From the NCBI GenBank assembly GCA_044222475.1, contig JBGANF010000190.1, positions 1 to 12,402 of the forward strand: 12,402 nt of DNA, written 5' to 3'. Below the pieces are notes generated by a model that was not told the origin of the DNA, did no database searches, and was given only the letters and a program-made list of their open reading frames with translations. Each line of letters opens with the position of its first letter. The stretch's first letter is position 1. The stretch is from Polyangiaceae bacterium. GTDB lineage: Bacteria > Myxococcota_A > Polyangia > Polyangiales > Polyangiaceae. Shown here in pieces: positions 1 to 8,834 of the stretch. The position numbers and the translations under genes are program-made.

Positions 1-15
1 GAGCACCGCGGTGGA

Positions 16-58
16 ACTCTCCCCGCCTCGGCGCGCAGCGCCGAGGTTTGGGGAGAGT
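16..58. repeat. Intergenic palindrome / REP-like hairpin
   Basis: ACTCTCCCC(16-24) pairs with GGGGAGAGT(50-58); inner CCTCGGCGC(26-34) pairs with GCGCCGAGG(38-46) around a 3-nt loop. Confidence 0.7.
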
Positions 59-169
59 CTGGCACGCGCAGGCAGCGCGCGCAGCGTTTCGCTGCGCCAT
101 CGTTGTCCCAGAGTGGTACCGCGTGCCCTAGGTGCGCAGCGAAACGCGAGCACGCGCCGAGCATGCCAG
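59..169. repeat. Long imperfect nested inverted repeat
   Basis: Perfect 14-bp IR GCGTTTCGCTGCGC(84-97)/GCGCAGCGAAACGC(134-147); outer arms CTGGCACGC(59-67)/GCATGCCAG(161-169) with one mismatch. Confidence 0.65.
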
Positions 170-179
170 GTGAGGGGCA

Positions 180-220
180 CAAACGACGAAGCCCCCGAGA
201 GCATCGCTCCCGAGGGCCTC
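180..220 (-). terminator. Probable intrinsic terminator of groESL
   Basis: Minus strand GAGGCCCTCGGGAGC-GAT-GCTCTCGGGGGCTTC forms a 15-bp stem. Its three G-U pairs work only on the - strand transcript. It is followed by GTCGTTTG and lies 35 nt after the groEL stop. Confidence 0.8.
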
Positions 221-255
221 ACCAGTCCCTTTCAGGACCTACCTAGCGTCAGCGA

Positions 256-1896
<1,641 letters not shown>

Positions 1897-1910
1897 CTAG
1901 ATCTCCCTTT

Positions 1911-2204
1911 TCACTTCTCGAGCACGCCGAGGATGTCGTCTTCGCGGACGATGAGGCGCTCTTCGCCGTCGACCTTGACCTCGGTGCCGCTGTACTTGCC
2001 GAAGAGCACGCGGTCGCCGACCTTCACGTCGAGCTTCCGCACGGTGCCGTCCTCGTTGACCTTGCCGTTGCCGACGGCGATGACCTCACCCTCGATCGGC
2101 TTCTCTTTGGCCGAGTCCGGGATGATGATGCCGCCCTTGGTCTTCTCTTCTTCCTTCACGCGCTTCAGAATCACGCGGTCCTGGAGGGGACGAATGCCTG
2201 CCAT
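1911..2204 (-). CDS. groES: Co-chaperonin GroES (Cpn10), 97 aa
   Basis: [39 protein letters not shown] and REDDILGV motifs. Start placed at ATG 2204 (AGAGGAAG SD upstream) rather than 2249. Confidence 0.98.
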   Translation of the reverse strand: MAGIRPLQDRVILKRVKEEEKTKGGIIIPDSAKEKPIEGEVIAVGNGKVNEDGTVRKLDVKVGDRVLFGKYSGTEVKVDGEERLIVREDDILGVLEK

Positions 2205-2242
2205 GTGCTTCCTCTTCTTCTCTTGGTTGTGGCCACACGCTT

Positions 2243-2269
2243 TTGGCACTCACCTAAGGGGAGTGCTAG
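2243..2269. promoter_or_regulatory. CIRCE element (HrcA operator) in the groESL leader
   Basis: TTGGCACTC-ACCTAAGGG-GAGTGCTAG versus consensus TTAGCACTC-N9-GAGTGCTAA; lies between the promoter and the groES start. Confidence 0.95.
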
Positions 2270-2283
2270 CGGGAGCGCGGGGC

Positions 2284-2311
2284 AAGATAACCCCATCATT
2301 CTGGGCGTCAA
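2284..2311 (-). promoter_or_regulatory. Sigma70-type promoter of groESL
   Basis: Minus strand TTGACG(2311-2306)-N16-TATCTT(2289-2284), immediately upstream of the CIRCE. Confidence 0.75.
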
Positions 2312-2354
2312 GCCAGCCCACCGAGAAATGTTAGCCGGCTAGCGTCCCGGAGGC

Positions 2355-2381
2355 CTGGCAGGGCGGGGGGCCGGGTGCCAA
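2355..2381. promoter_or_regulatory. Degenerate CIRCE-like site upstream of the groESL promoter
   Basis: CTGGCAGGG-N9-GGGTGCCAA; retains TGGCA-N15-TGCCA spacing. Confidence 0.4.
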
Positions 2382-2397
2382 TCGGATTTCGCAAGAA

Positions 2398-3216
2398 TTA
2401 CGGGATGGTACGCACCACGACGTCGTCCACCAGGTACCCGGTCGCCGTCGACGAAAGCCCGGTGTTGTTGATCCCCAGGTTGAGGGTCACCGTGCTCGGC
2501 GTGTCGAGGGTGAAATCGACCGGGCCCGTGTCGGCCAGGACGACGAGACCCCCGTCCGCCCATTGGGAGAGGACCACCCGGCCACCCTGCGCTGCCGGGG
2601 CGAGGACCACGTCGAGCACGACGCGGGCGCACTCGCCGATCACGAAGTCCCGCGTGCCCGCGAACCCGGTCCCGGCGTCACCCAGCTGCGGCAGGAAGAG
2701 CTTCACCACGTCCTGTCGGTTCACCACGACGCGATCGCCGAACTGCGCGTTCACCGCGAGCGAGAACATCGCGAGCCCCGTCGACGGCGTGAGCAGCGGC
2801 TCGCCCTTTCGCAGCTTGAGGTTCGCCTCGACGACGACGTGACGCGCTCCGTTCAGCGGGATCGACGTGAGCGTCGACAGGCCCTGCGTGTTGCGGCCCG
2901 ACGCGTCGATGTCCTTCGTAGCGAGGCGCAGCGCGCGCGGCGCGGAGCAGAAGTCGAACGGGTCGATCGTCCGCGTCGACTGCGCACCATCCGTCGCGGC
3001 GACGAGCCACACGTCGGGCAGATCGGTGGAGCGATCGAAGTCCTCGCAGAACGCCGCGTCGACGCCGTCGCACCACGTGCCGTCGGCTTTGGCGTCGGCG
3101 GCCGCTTCGGTCGAGGCGTCCACGCCGCCGTCGCCGCGCAGAGCGTCGAGCTCGGTCACGAGGACGCAGCTCGTCGCCCCTGCAACGATGCTCATGCCCA
3201 CGATCCTCCGAACCAT
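2398..3216 (-). CDS. Putative lipoprotein, 272 aa, beta-rich WC..FCEDFD-type domain (possibly ConA/LamG-like)
   Basis: Start moved to ATG 3216 giving signal peptide MVRRIVGMSIVAGATS-C, then an Asp/Ala linker and WC..FCEDFD..SAPR..DDVVV. Shares these motifs with 11446-12240. Fold is inferred. Confidence 0.8.
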   Translation of the reverse strand: MVRRIVGMSIVAGATSCVLVTELDALRGDGGVDASTEAAADAKADGTWCDGVDAAFCEDFDRSTDLPDVWLVAATDGAQSTRTIDPFDFCSAPRALRLATKDIDASGRNTQGLSTLTSIPLNGARHVVVEANLKLRKGEPLLTPSTGLAMFSLAVNAQFGDRVVVNRQDVVKLFLPQLGDAGTGFAGTRDFVIGECARVVLDVVLAPAAQGGRVVLSQWADGGLVVLADTGPVDFTLDTPSTVTLNLGINNTGLSSTATGYLVDDVVVRTIP

Positions 3217-3261
3217 GTCGCGCCAGTGTAGCGGTCGTCGGGCCCGCCTTCCGGTCGATTG

Positions 3262-3288
3262 TTGGCACCCACGGCGCGCGAGCGCTAG
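3262..3288. promoter_or_regulatory. Second well-conserved CIRCE-like operator
   Basis: TTGGCACCC-ACGGCGCGC-GAGCGCTAG differs from the groESL CIRCE arms at only two positions and has the exact 9-nt spacer; intergenic between divergent genes. Confidence 0.7.
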
Positions 3289-3354
3289 CAGTCGCCGGCG
3301 TTCGACCGTGACCTCGGGGAAGGGAATTCGGCCTTTTTCGAGCGTCCGCGCGAT

Positions 3355-3381
3355 TTGGCAGAGGCACCGGTCGAGTGCCAC
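3355..3381. promoter_or_regulatory. Degenerate CIRCE-like site upstream of the 3467 gene
   Basis: TTGGCAGAG-GCACCGGTC-GAGTGCCAC; good right arm, exact spacer, 85 nt before ATG 3467. Confidence 0.5.
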
Positions 3382-3466
3382 GTCCCAAGATGGGATCACG
3401 CGTGGACGAAGTGCACGAAATTGCCTTCCTTTTCAGAAAGACGTAGATGGATCGTAGGCGGTCCCA

Positions 3467-4084
3467 ATGTCCACAATCGCGCTGACGGGTTCGGTCGACG
3501 GGTTCTTCCACGAAGTGGTGGGCGAGGCGATGAGAGCCCGCCGGATCGAGGCGACGCCGGGCACGCGGGCCTACCTCGTGGCGCTGCTCACGGACTACGC
3601 GCATCCCCAAGAGGACGAGGCGCTCCCGCGCTCGCTCACCCTCCAGCTCGAGGACGCGCTTCAAGTGCCCGTCCCGGCCAAGCGCTTCGAGCGCCTCCGC
3701 ACCCTCGGCGACTCGGTCCTCTACGCGAGCGGGTTCTTCCACGACCACTTCGAGGCGCGCGGCATCGACCCGCGGTACGTCCACACCATCGGCACCCGCG
3801 CCTACGGCACCGCCGCCCACATGCTGCGCAGCGGATCGTCGACGACGTCGGTCGAGGAGCAGGCGATCCAGATCGACGTGTTCGGCGAGCTGTCGACCAA
3901 GTTCGACGACTTCGTCGCCGTCATCGAAGAGATCGCCGACCTCACCATGGCCAAGAGCGCCTCCGGCGCGCGCGGCGTGCTCAAAGTGTACGAGCGCTGG
4001 CTCAAGACCGGGAGCGGCACGCTCGCCGAGGCGCTCACCGAGCACGGCCTCGTGCCGATGCGCGGACCGCGGGGTCTGCAGTGA
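3467..4084 (+). CDS. Conserved-looking hypothetical soluble helical protein, 205 aa
   Basis: Strong GC3 codon bias and AGGCGG SD-like sequence 5 nt before ATG. Motifs RFERLRTLGDSVLYASGFF, GTRAY, FGELSTKF, YERWLKTGS. No signal peptide or TM segment visible. Confidence 0.9.
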   Translation: MSTIALTGSVDGFFHEVVGEAMRARRIEATPGTRAYLVALLTDYAHPQEDEALPRSLTLQLEDALQVPVPAKRFERLRTLGDSVLYASGFFHDHFEARGIDPRYVHTIGTRAYGTAAHMLRSGSSTTSVEEQAIQIDVFGELSTKFDDFVAVIEEIADLTMAKSASGARGVLKVYERWLKTGSGTLAEALTEHGLVPMRGPRGLQ

Positions 4085-4698
4085 CCGAAGCGCTGCTCCG
4101 CGGAAACGGAGTGGGGCTGGTTCGAGAACGCGCACTTGCGGCGCGGGTGCAGGCCGGGCTGTCGCGGTTGTACTTCTTGGATGGCGCGCCCGACGTTCGG
4201 GATTTTCTCTCCGCCGCCGGGGAGGGCGAGCGCGAGGTGCTGCTCGTTCGCGAAGACTCCGAAGGGCTCGCGGTGGAGCTTAAGGTGCCGGCGCTGGATG
4301 GCGATCTCGATTCGCTGTGCCAGCTCATCGAGGGCGTCAGCCATTACGTGTACCTTGCACATCGCGCGCAGGGCGATCGCTCGACGACCGCGCTCGAGAT
4401 GGAGCTGCAGGCCGAGGTCGACAAGTACGTGGTGCTCGCGACGTCGCTCGGATCGCTCGACGTTTCGCGGAGCTCCAGGCTGCGCGAGCGATTGTTTGCC
4501 GACGTACGCTTCACCCACGACGAGGACACCGAGCTCGGCGAGCGGTACCGCGTGGCGAACCGCGTCGCGTCGCGCTTCGTCGAGGGGCTCGAGCGCCGCT
4601 ACGTCGCTCGCGGCGAATTCGGCGAGCTCCGCGACGCGCTACGTCGGTTCTTTCACGTCGGCCAATCCGAGAAGATGCACCTCGCAGCGACGCGCTGA
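4081..4698 (+). CDS. Hypothetical protein, 205 aa, with EGVSH...ELQAEVDKY motif (possible degenerate zincin-like fold)
   Basis: GTG start overlaps the upstream TGA (GTGA 4081-4084). In frame with the 3355..4698 ORF, whose first 242 codons are spurious. Protein-like composition. Confidence 0.85.
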   Translation: MTEALLRGNGVGLVRERALAARVQAGLSRLYFLDGAPDVRDFLSAAGEGEREVLLVREDSEGLAVELKVPALDGDLDSLCQLIEGVSHYVYLAHRAQGDRSTTALEMELQAEVDKYVVLATSLGSLDVSRSSRLRERLFADVRFTHDEDTELGERYRVANRVASRFVEGLERRYVARGEFGELRDALRRFFHVGQSEKMHLAATR

Positions 4699-4702
4699 GG
4701 CG

Positions 4703-5371
4703 TCACGGCTTGGTGAACACCCACGTCGGCGAGATGGGGGTGTTGTTCGTCTCTTTGGTTTGAAGCTCCGGCGGGGGGAAGTCGATCTGGACCGTCTTGG
4801 TCGACGCCTTGAAGCTGGCGGTCCAGTTCGCCGACACCGCCGAACCAGGGCACTCGCGCGTCAGCTTCAGCGTGCTGTTGATCTGGTCGAACGTCCCGGA
4901 CCACCGATCGACGACGCTCTGCTGGGGATCGCCCGAGACTTGGACGTCGATGTGCCGCTCGACCACGACGTTCGGGCCCGTCACCGTGATCTTCAAGCCA
5001 CCGACCGCAGAGCCAGCCTTGGTCGTGCAGGCGTTGCAGCTGTAGAACGCGCTGGTGAGCTTGTAGTCCCCCGAGGTCATCGCCTCCGAGTTGGGGAAGA
5101 ACGTGAAGTTCCCGCTCGTCGGGAGGTTGATCGTGTTGCCGACCAACGCGGTGTTGATGCACGGCGCGGCGTCGACGACGTCGGAGGTGGCGTCGGTGCT
5201 CGTGTCCGGCGACGAGTCCGGCAGAGACGTGTCCGCGGCGGCGTCGTTCGTCGGCGACGAGTCGATGCCCGCATCGGGGACCGTGGTGACCGGTGTGTCA
5301 CCGACGCACGCGACGAGCACCAGCGTGGCGGACGCGAAGGCGGCGAGCGCGAAGCAGCGAGAGAAGCGCAT
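4703..5371 (-). CDS. Lipoprotein, 222 aa; paralog of 8130-8792
   Basis: Signal peptide with lipobox LVA-C, CVGDTPVT, Asp/Ser/Thr linker, then a beta-rich domain with 4 Cys and GSAVGG / DRWSGT motifs. Confidence 0.9.
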   Translation of the reverse strand: MRFSRCFALAAFASATLVLVACVGDTPVTTVPDAGIDSSPTNDAAADTSLPDSSPDTSTDATSDVVDAAPCINTALVGNTINLPTSGNFTFFPNSEAMTSGDYKLTSAFYSCNACTTKAGSAVGGLKITVTGPNVVVERHIDVQVSGDPQQSVVDRWSGTFDQINSTLKLTRECPGSAVSANWTASFKASTKTVQIDFPPPELQTKETNNTPISPTWVFTKP

Positions 5372-5398
5372 GCCTCATGGTACACCAGCATCGTGAGG

Positions 5399-5947
5399 GT
5401 GCGGATCCAGTCGATGGCGATCGGGGGTCTGGTCGTGGTCGCGTGTAGGACGACGGAAGACGCCCGACCCCCGGCGTCGCCGGCCGTGGTCGATGCGTCG
5501 GCGCCGGGCGTTGCCGTCGTGATCGACGCCGGTGACGAAGAGGCTGCGACCGCGGTCGCGGCGACGCCGGACGCAACGGCGGACGCAACGGCGGGCGTCG
5601 CGTGCATCATCCGCGGCAAGCCGTGCACTCCGCACTGCGCCGAGCTCGCGGCCAAGTACCTCGCGATGCCTCCCGATGGATCGGGTCGATGCGATCCGAA
5701 GACGTGCGCCTCGGTGGGAGGCATGTGCGACTACGGAGGCTTCTGCTTCGGGCAGGCGTGCATCAAGAAGACGCACGACGGCGGGCGCGCGTGCACCGAC
5801 GGATCGCAGTGCGAGAGCGGGTGCGAAGCACCCAGCGGCGCTCCGCGTGGGCCCGGGCGAGGGAAGTGTTTTCCCGTCGTGCTCACGCTGGGGTGTCACT
5901 CGTGGGTGGAGAACGGGACGGTCGGGTTGGGGATCTGCGGCGACTAG
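5399..5947 (+). CDS. Cysteine-rich lipoprotein, about 182 aa (start may be 5393, 5399 or 5414)
   Basis: MRIQSMAIGGLVVVA-C lipobox, Ala/Asp linker, then 14 Cys in about 115 aa, ending C-G-D-stop; 3' part of the 4136..5947 ORF. Confidence 0.8.
   Translation: MRIQSMAIGGLVVVACRTTEDARPPASPAVVDASAPGVAVVIDAGDEEAATAVAATPDATADATAGVACIIRGKPCTPHCAELAAKYLAMPPDGSGRCDPKTCASVGGMCDYGGFCFGQACIKKTHDGGRACTDGSQCESGCEAPSGAPRGPGRGKCFPVVLTLGCHSWVENGTVGLGICGD
5569..5592 (+). repeat. 12-bp tandem duplication in the linker (encodes DATA-DATA)
   Basis: GGACGCAACGGC x2. Confidence 0.8.
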
Positions 5948-8112
5948 TCCGCCGCTTCGCTCGCGACTCGTTCCACCAGCGCCACGAGCGTCTCGAGCTC
6001 GAACGGCTTCTCCACCTTGGGGAGCCCCGCTCCTTCCACGTAGGCCGCCGCTCGCTCGGTGAACGCTCCACCGGTCACGAAGATGAAGCGGTCCGCCATC
6101 GTCGGGTGGGTGCGCGCGAGCTCCGCGTGGACGTCCATCCCGGACACGTCGGGCATCATCAGATCGCAGAGCACGACGTCGAAGCGCGACGTCTTCGCGA
6201 GCTCCAGGCCCTCGCGCCCGGATGCGGCGGTCGACACCTCGAACCCGTGGCTCTCGAGGATCTTCTTGATCGTGCGGCGAAGGAGGTGCTCGTCGTCGAC
6301 GACCAGCACCCGCGTGCCGCGGGCCACGACACCGGGCGCCGGAGCCGGCGTCTCGGCGTCGCGCGGCGCATCCACCATGCGGGGCAGGACGATCCGAAAC
6401 GTCGAGCCCGCACCCGGCGTGCTCTCCACCTCGATGCGACCGCCGAGCGCGGTGACGATCCCGTGGCTGACCGCCAAGCCGAGCCCGGTGCCGCGCCCCA
6501 CCGGCTTCGTCGTGAAGAACGGATCGAAGATGCGCGCGAGCATCGCCGGAGCGATGCCGACCCCGTTGTCCGACACCGTCGCGATGGCCTCGCCGGAGTC
6601 TCCGACGCGAGTGCTCACGCGGATCACGCCCTCGAACCCGGGCTCGTCCGGGATGGCGTGCGCCGCGTTGAGGAGCAAGTTGATGAACACCTGTCCGAGC
6701 CGCGACTCGTTCGCGAGGACGAGCGGCGCATCGCCGAAGTCCGTCTCGACCCGAGCTCGGTGCCGGAGCTCGTTCGAGACCATGCGCATCGCCGACTCGA
6801 TGACGGGGCGCAGGTCGACCGCGCGCCGGCGATCCTCCTCGGGGCGGGAGAACGTCTGCAGGTCGCGGATGATGTCGCGCATGCGGCGCGTGCCGTCGGC
6901 CATCGTCTCGAGGTGTGCCTTCAGCGAGGCAACGTCGCCGGTGTTGCGGCCGAGCATCTCGATGTTGGCCATGACGTAGGCGAGCGGGTTGTTGAGCTCG
7001 TGCGCGACACCGGCGGCGAGCGTGCCCGCCGCGATCATCCGATCGGCGGCGACGAGGCGCGACTCGAGCGCCTTGCGCTCCGTCACGTCGGTCACGGTGC
7101 CGGTCAATCGCACTGGCGCGCCGTTCGAGTCCCGGATGACTTCGCCTTTGACGCTGATCCAGGCGATCGTCCCGTCGCCTTTGATCGTTCGGTACTCGGC
7201 GTCGATCCGAGCACCGCTGTTCATCGCGCCGCTCGCCGATCTTGCCACCGTCTCTAGATCGTCGGGGTGGACGTGCTCGAGGAAGGCGACGTAGCTTCGC
7301 GGCGCCGCGTCGTCGGCGATGCCGAACAGCTTCTCGGCCGTGCCCGGCGACCATTGCACTCGGTCCGTGCCGAGCTCCCAGCTCCAGACCCCGACCTTCG
7401 CGGCGTCGAGCGCGAGCTGCAGCCAGTCCTCGGCTTCGCGCCGCGCCGCGAGCTCCTGCTCGAGCGCCTGGTTCTTCGTGCGGATCTCGTCGCTCTGCGC
7501 TTCGAGCGCTTCGAGCGTGGCCTCGGCGCCGGCGACGACCTCGAGAGCTCTCCTCGCGCGCGCGATCACCGACCCGGTCTTCGGCAGCACGAGGTCGTAG
7601 ACCCCTTGCCTCGGCGCGAAGGTTGCGGAGATCTCGGAGGCGGGCAGACCGACGAGCCCCGGCAGGTTCTTCAGGATGCCCATGCAGAAGTGGAGGAACG
7701 CCTTCGACGGGGCGGAGCCCTCGTCGATCGTCATCGTGAACCGCGCCCGTCGGTCGCCGAGCTCCTCGAAGCTCCCGCGGACGCACGTGATGTCGCGGCG
7801 GGTGCCCCACCGCGCGATCAAACGGTAGGGATCCGCTGGCGAGAGGAAGAGCCGCACCATCTTCACGAACGTGTGGCCGGTGCGCTCTCCGGCGTGAGGC
7901 ACGAAGATGTCCTTCATCTTCTCGGGGCCGCCGACGATGGACTCCACCCGCTCGAGCACGCGCACGAAATCCACCCAGTCGATGCGGGTGTCCGGCGCCG
8001 TGAGCGCTTCCCGCGTCACGCCGGTGTCCTCGAGGCATGCCGCAAGGCTCAGACCGCGTTGCTCGACGCTGTCCACGAGGAGCGCGCTGAAACGGGTGCT
8101 GACCTCGGGCAT
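5944..8112 (-). CDS. Cytoplasmic hybrid sensor histidine kinase/response regulator (N-terminal sensor + PAS + HisKA + HATPase + REC), 722 aa
   Basis: PAS (VGVWSWEL..HPDD..DVTERK); H-box AGVAHELNNPL; N-box QVFINLLLNA; DNGVGI, IFDPFFTTK and GTGLGL boxes; receiver VLVVDDE/DLMMP/EKPF; AGGAG SD 7 nt upstream. Confidence 0.96.
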   Translation of the reverse strand: MPEVSTRFSALLVDSVEQRGLSLAACLEDTGVTREALTAPDTRIDWVDFVRVLERVESIVGGPEKMKDIFVPHAGERTGHTFVKMVRLFLSPADPYRLIARWGTRRDITCVRGSFEELGDRRARFTMTIDEGSAPSKAFLHFCMGILKNLPGLVGLPASEISATFAPRQGVYDLVLPKTGSVIARARRALEVVAGAEATLEALEAQSDEIRTKNQALEQELAARREAEDWLQLALDAAKVGVWSWELGTDRVQWSPGTAEKLFGIADDAAPRSYVAFLEHVHPDDLETVARSASGAMNSGARIDAEYRTIKGDGTIAWISVKGEVIRDSNGAPVRLTGTVTDVTERKALESRLVAADRMIAAGTLAAGVAHELNNPLAYVMANIEMLGRNTGDVASLKAHLETMADGTRRMRDIIRDLQTFSRPEEDRRRAVDLRPVIESAMRMVSNELRHRARVETDFGDAPLVLANESRLGQVFINLLLNAAHAIPDEPGFEGVIRVSTRVGDSGEAIATVSDNGVGIAPAMLARIFDPFFTTKPVGRGTGLGLAVSHGIVTALGGRIEVESTPGAGSTFRIVLPRMVDAPRDAETPAPAPGVVARGTRVLVVDDEHLLRRTIKKILESHGFEVSTAASGREGLELAKTSRFDVVLCDLMMPDVSGMDVHAELARTHPTMADRFIFVTGGAFTERAAAYVEGAGLPKVEKPFELETLVALVERVASEAAD

Positions 8113-8129
8113 AAGCCGCTCCTAATGGA

Positions 8130-8792
8130 CTATTTTCGAGTGAACGTCCACGTCAGTGTGGGGCCGGCGTCGACCCCACCGTCCGTTCGCTGGGTGCGGA
8201 GCTCGGTGCCGAAGCGCAGGAAGATGAAATCCGCGCCGCCGTCGGTGCTGACCGGCAGGAAGGCTGGCCACGTCGTGATCGGGCCTCCGCTCTGCGGACA
8301 GTCTTGGACCATCCCCAACTTGGCGTTGAGCTGATCGTAGGTGCCACTCCAGCGATCGAGCACCTGCACCTGCGGCTGGCCGCTGAGCTGGTACGTGATG
8401 CGTCGCTCTATGGTGTACGTCGCGCCGGACACCGTGACGCGGATCCCGCCGACCGCGCTCCCGCTCTTCAAGTCGCATGGGAGGCAGTCGGCGCGCGCCT
8501 GGGTGAGGACGTAGTCGCCGGCGAGCAGCGGGCCGCCGCTCTGCGGGATGAGGCTCGACCCCAACGTGGGCATCGCGATGCTGTTTCCTGGGATCGCGTT
8601 GGAGCAGGGGCCCGCGTCGACGCCGGTGTCGACGACACCCGTGTCCTTCGTCGCGACGTCGTTGCCCGCGTCGATCACCGAGGCGTCGTTCGTCGTCTGG
8701 GGTGCGGGCGAGTCACCGACGCACGCGAGGATCACAGCGGGCGAGACCAGACCGACGATCCAAAGAGCGCGGCGAAGCGGGCGAGAGGCCAT
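8130..8792 (-). CDS. Lipoprotein, 220 aa; paralog of 4703-5371
   Basis: Lipobox ILA-C, CVGDSP, Asp-rich linker, shared GDYxLT, CxxC, GSAVGG, DRWSGTxDQ, CP and TWxFT motifs; ends 17 nt upstream of the kinase. Confidence 0.9.
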   Translation of the reverse strand: MASRPLRRALWIVGLVSPAVILACVGDSPAPQTTNDASVIDAGNDVATKDTGVVDTGVDAGPCSNAIPGNSIAMPTLGSSLIPQSGGPLLAGDYVLTQARADCLPCDLKSGSAVGGIRVTVSGATYTIERRITYQLSGQPQVQVLDRWSGTYDQLNAKLGMVQDCPQSGGPITTWPAFLPVSTDGGADFIFLRFGTELRTQRTDGGVDAGPTLTWTFTRK

Positions 8793-8834
8793 GGCCGAGA
8801 GGATAGCCTGGCCCGGGGCGAGACGCCCCGCCCT

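Noticed and set aside
2205..2249. 15-aa N-terminal extension of GroES in the ORF track
   Set aside because: Overlaps the SD and the CIRCE; GroES homology starts at MAGIRPL.
3263..3277. Possible sigma54 promoter TGGCAC-N5-GCGC
   Set aside because: The -12 element lacks TTGC, and the sequence is better explained as a CIRCE arm with a matching partner arm.
3285..3311. Additional CIRCE half-site CTAGCAGTC
   Set aside because: No matching right arm at the 9-nt spacing.
3217..3399. 61-aa N-terminal extension of the 2398 gene
   Set aside because: Would bury the signal peptide and runs through the CIRCE-containing intergenic region.
3421..3449. Possible promoter TTGCCT-N17-TAGATG for the gene pair
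   Set aside because: Spacing and position are plausible but the -10 lacks the conserved final T; too weak to call.
5375..8038. 887-aa Arg-rich ORF and similar long alternative-frame ORFs (2678-4135, 5602-7257, 9992-11479, 11488-12390)
   Set aside because: Arg/Ala/Pro-rich off-frame translations expected at about 70% GC; each overlaps a better-supported gene.
8814..8830. Hairpin CGGGGCG-AGA-CGCCCCG after the 8835 stop
   Set aside because: Only a 7-bp stem with no U-tract; cannot be called a terminator.
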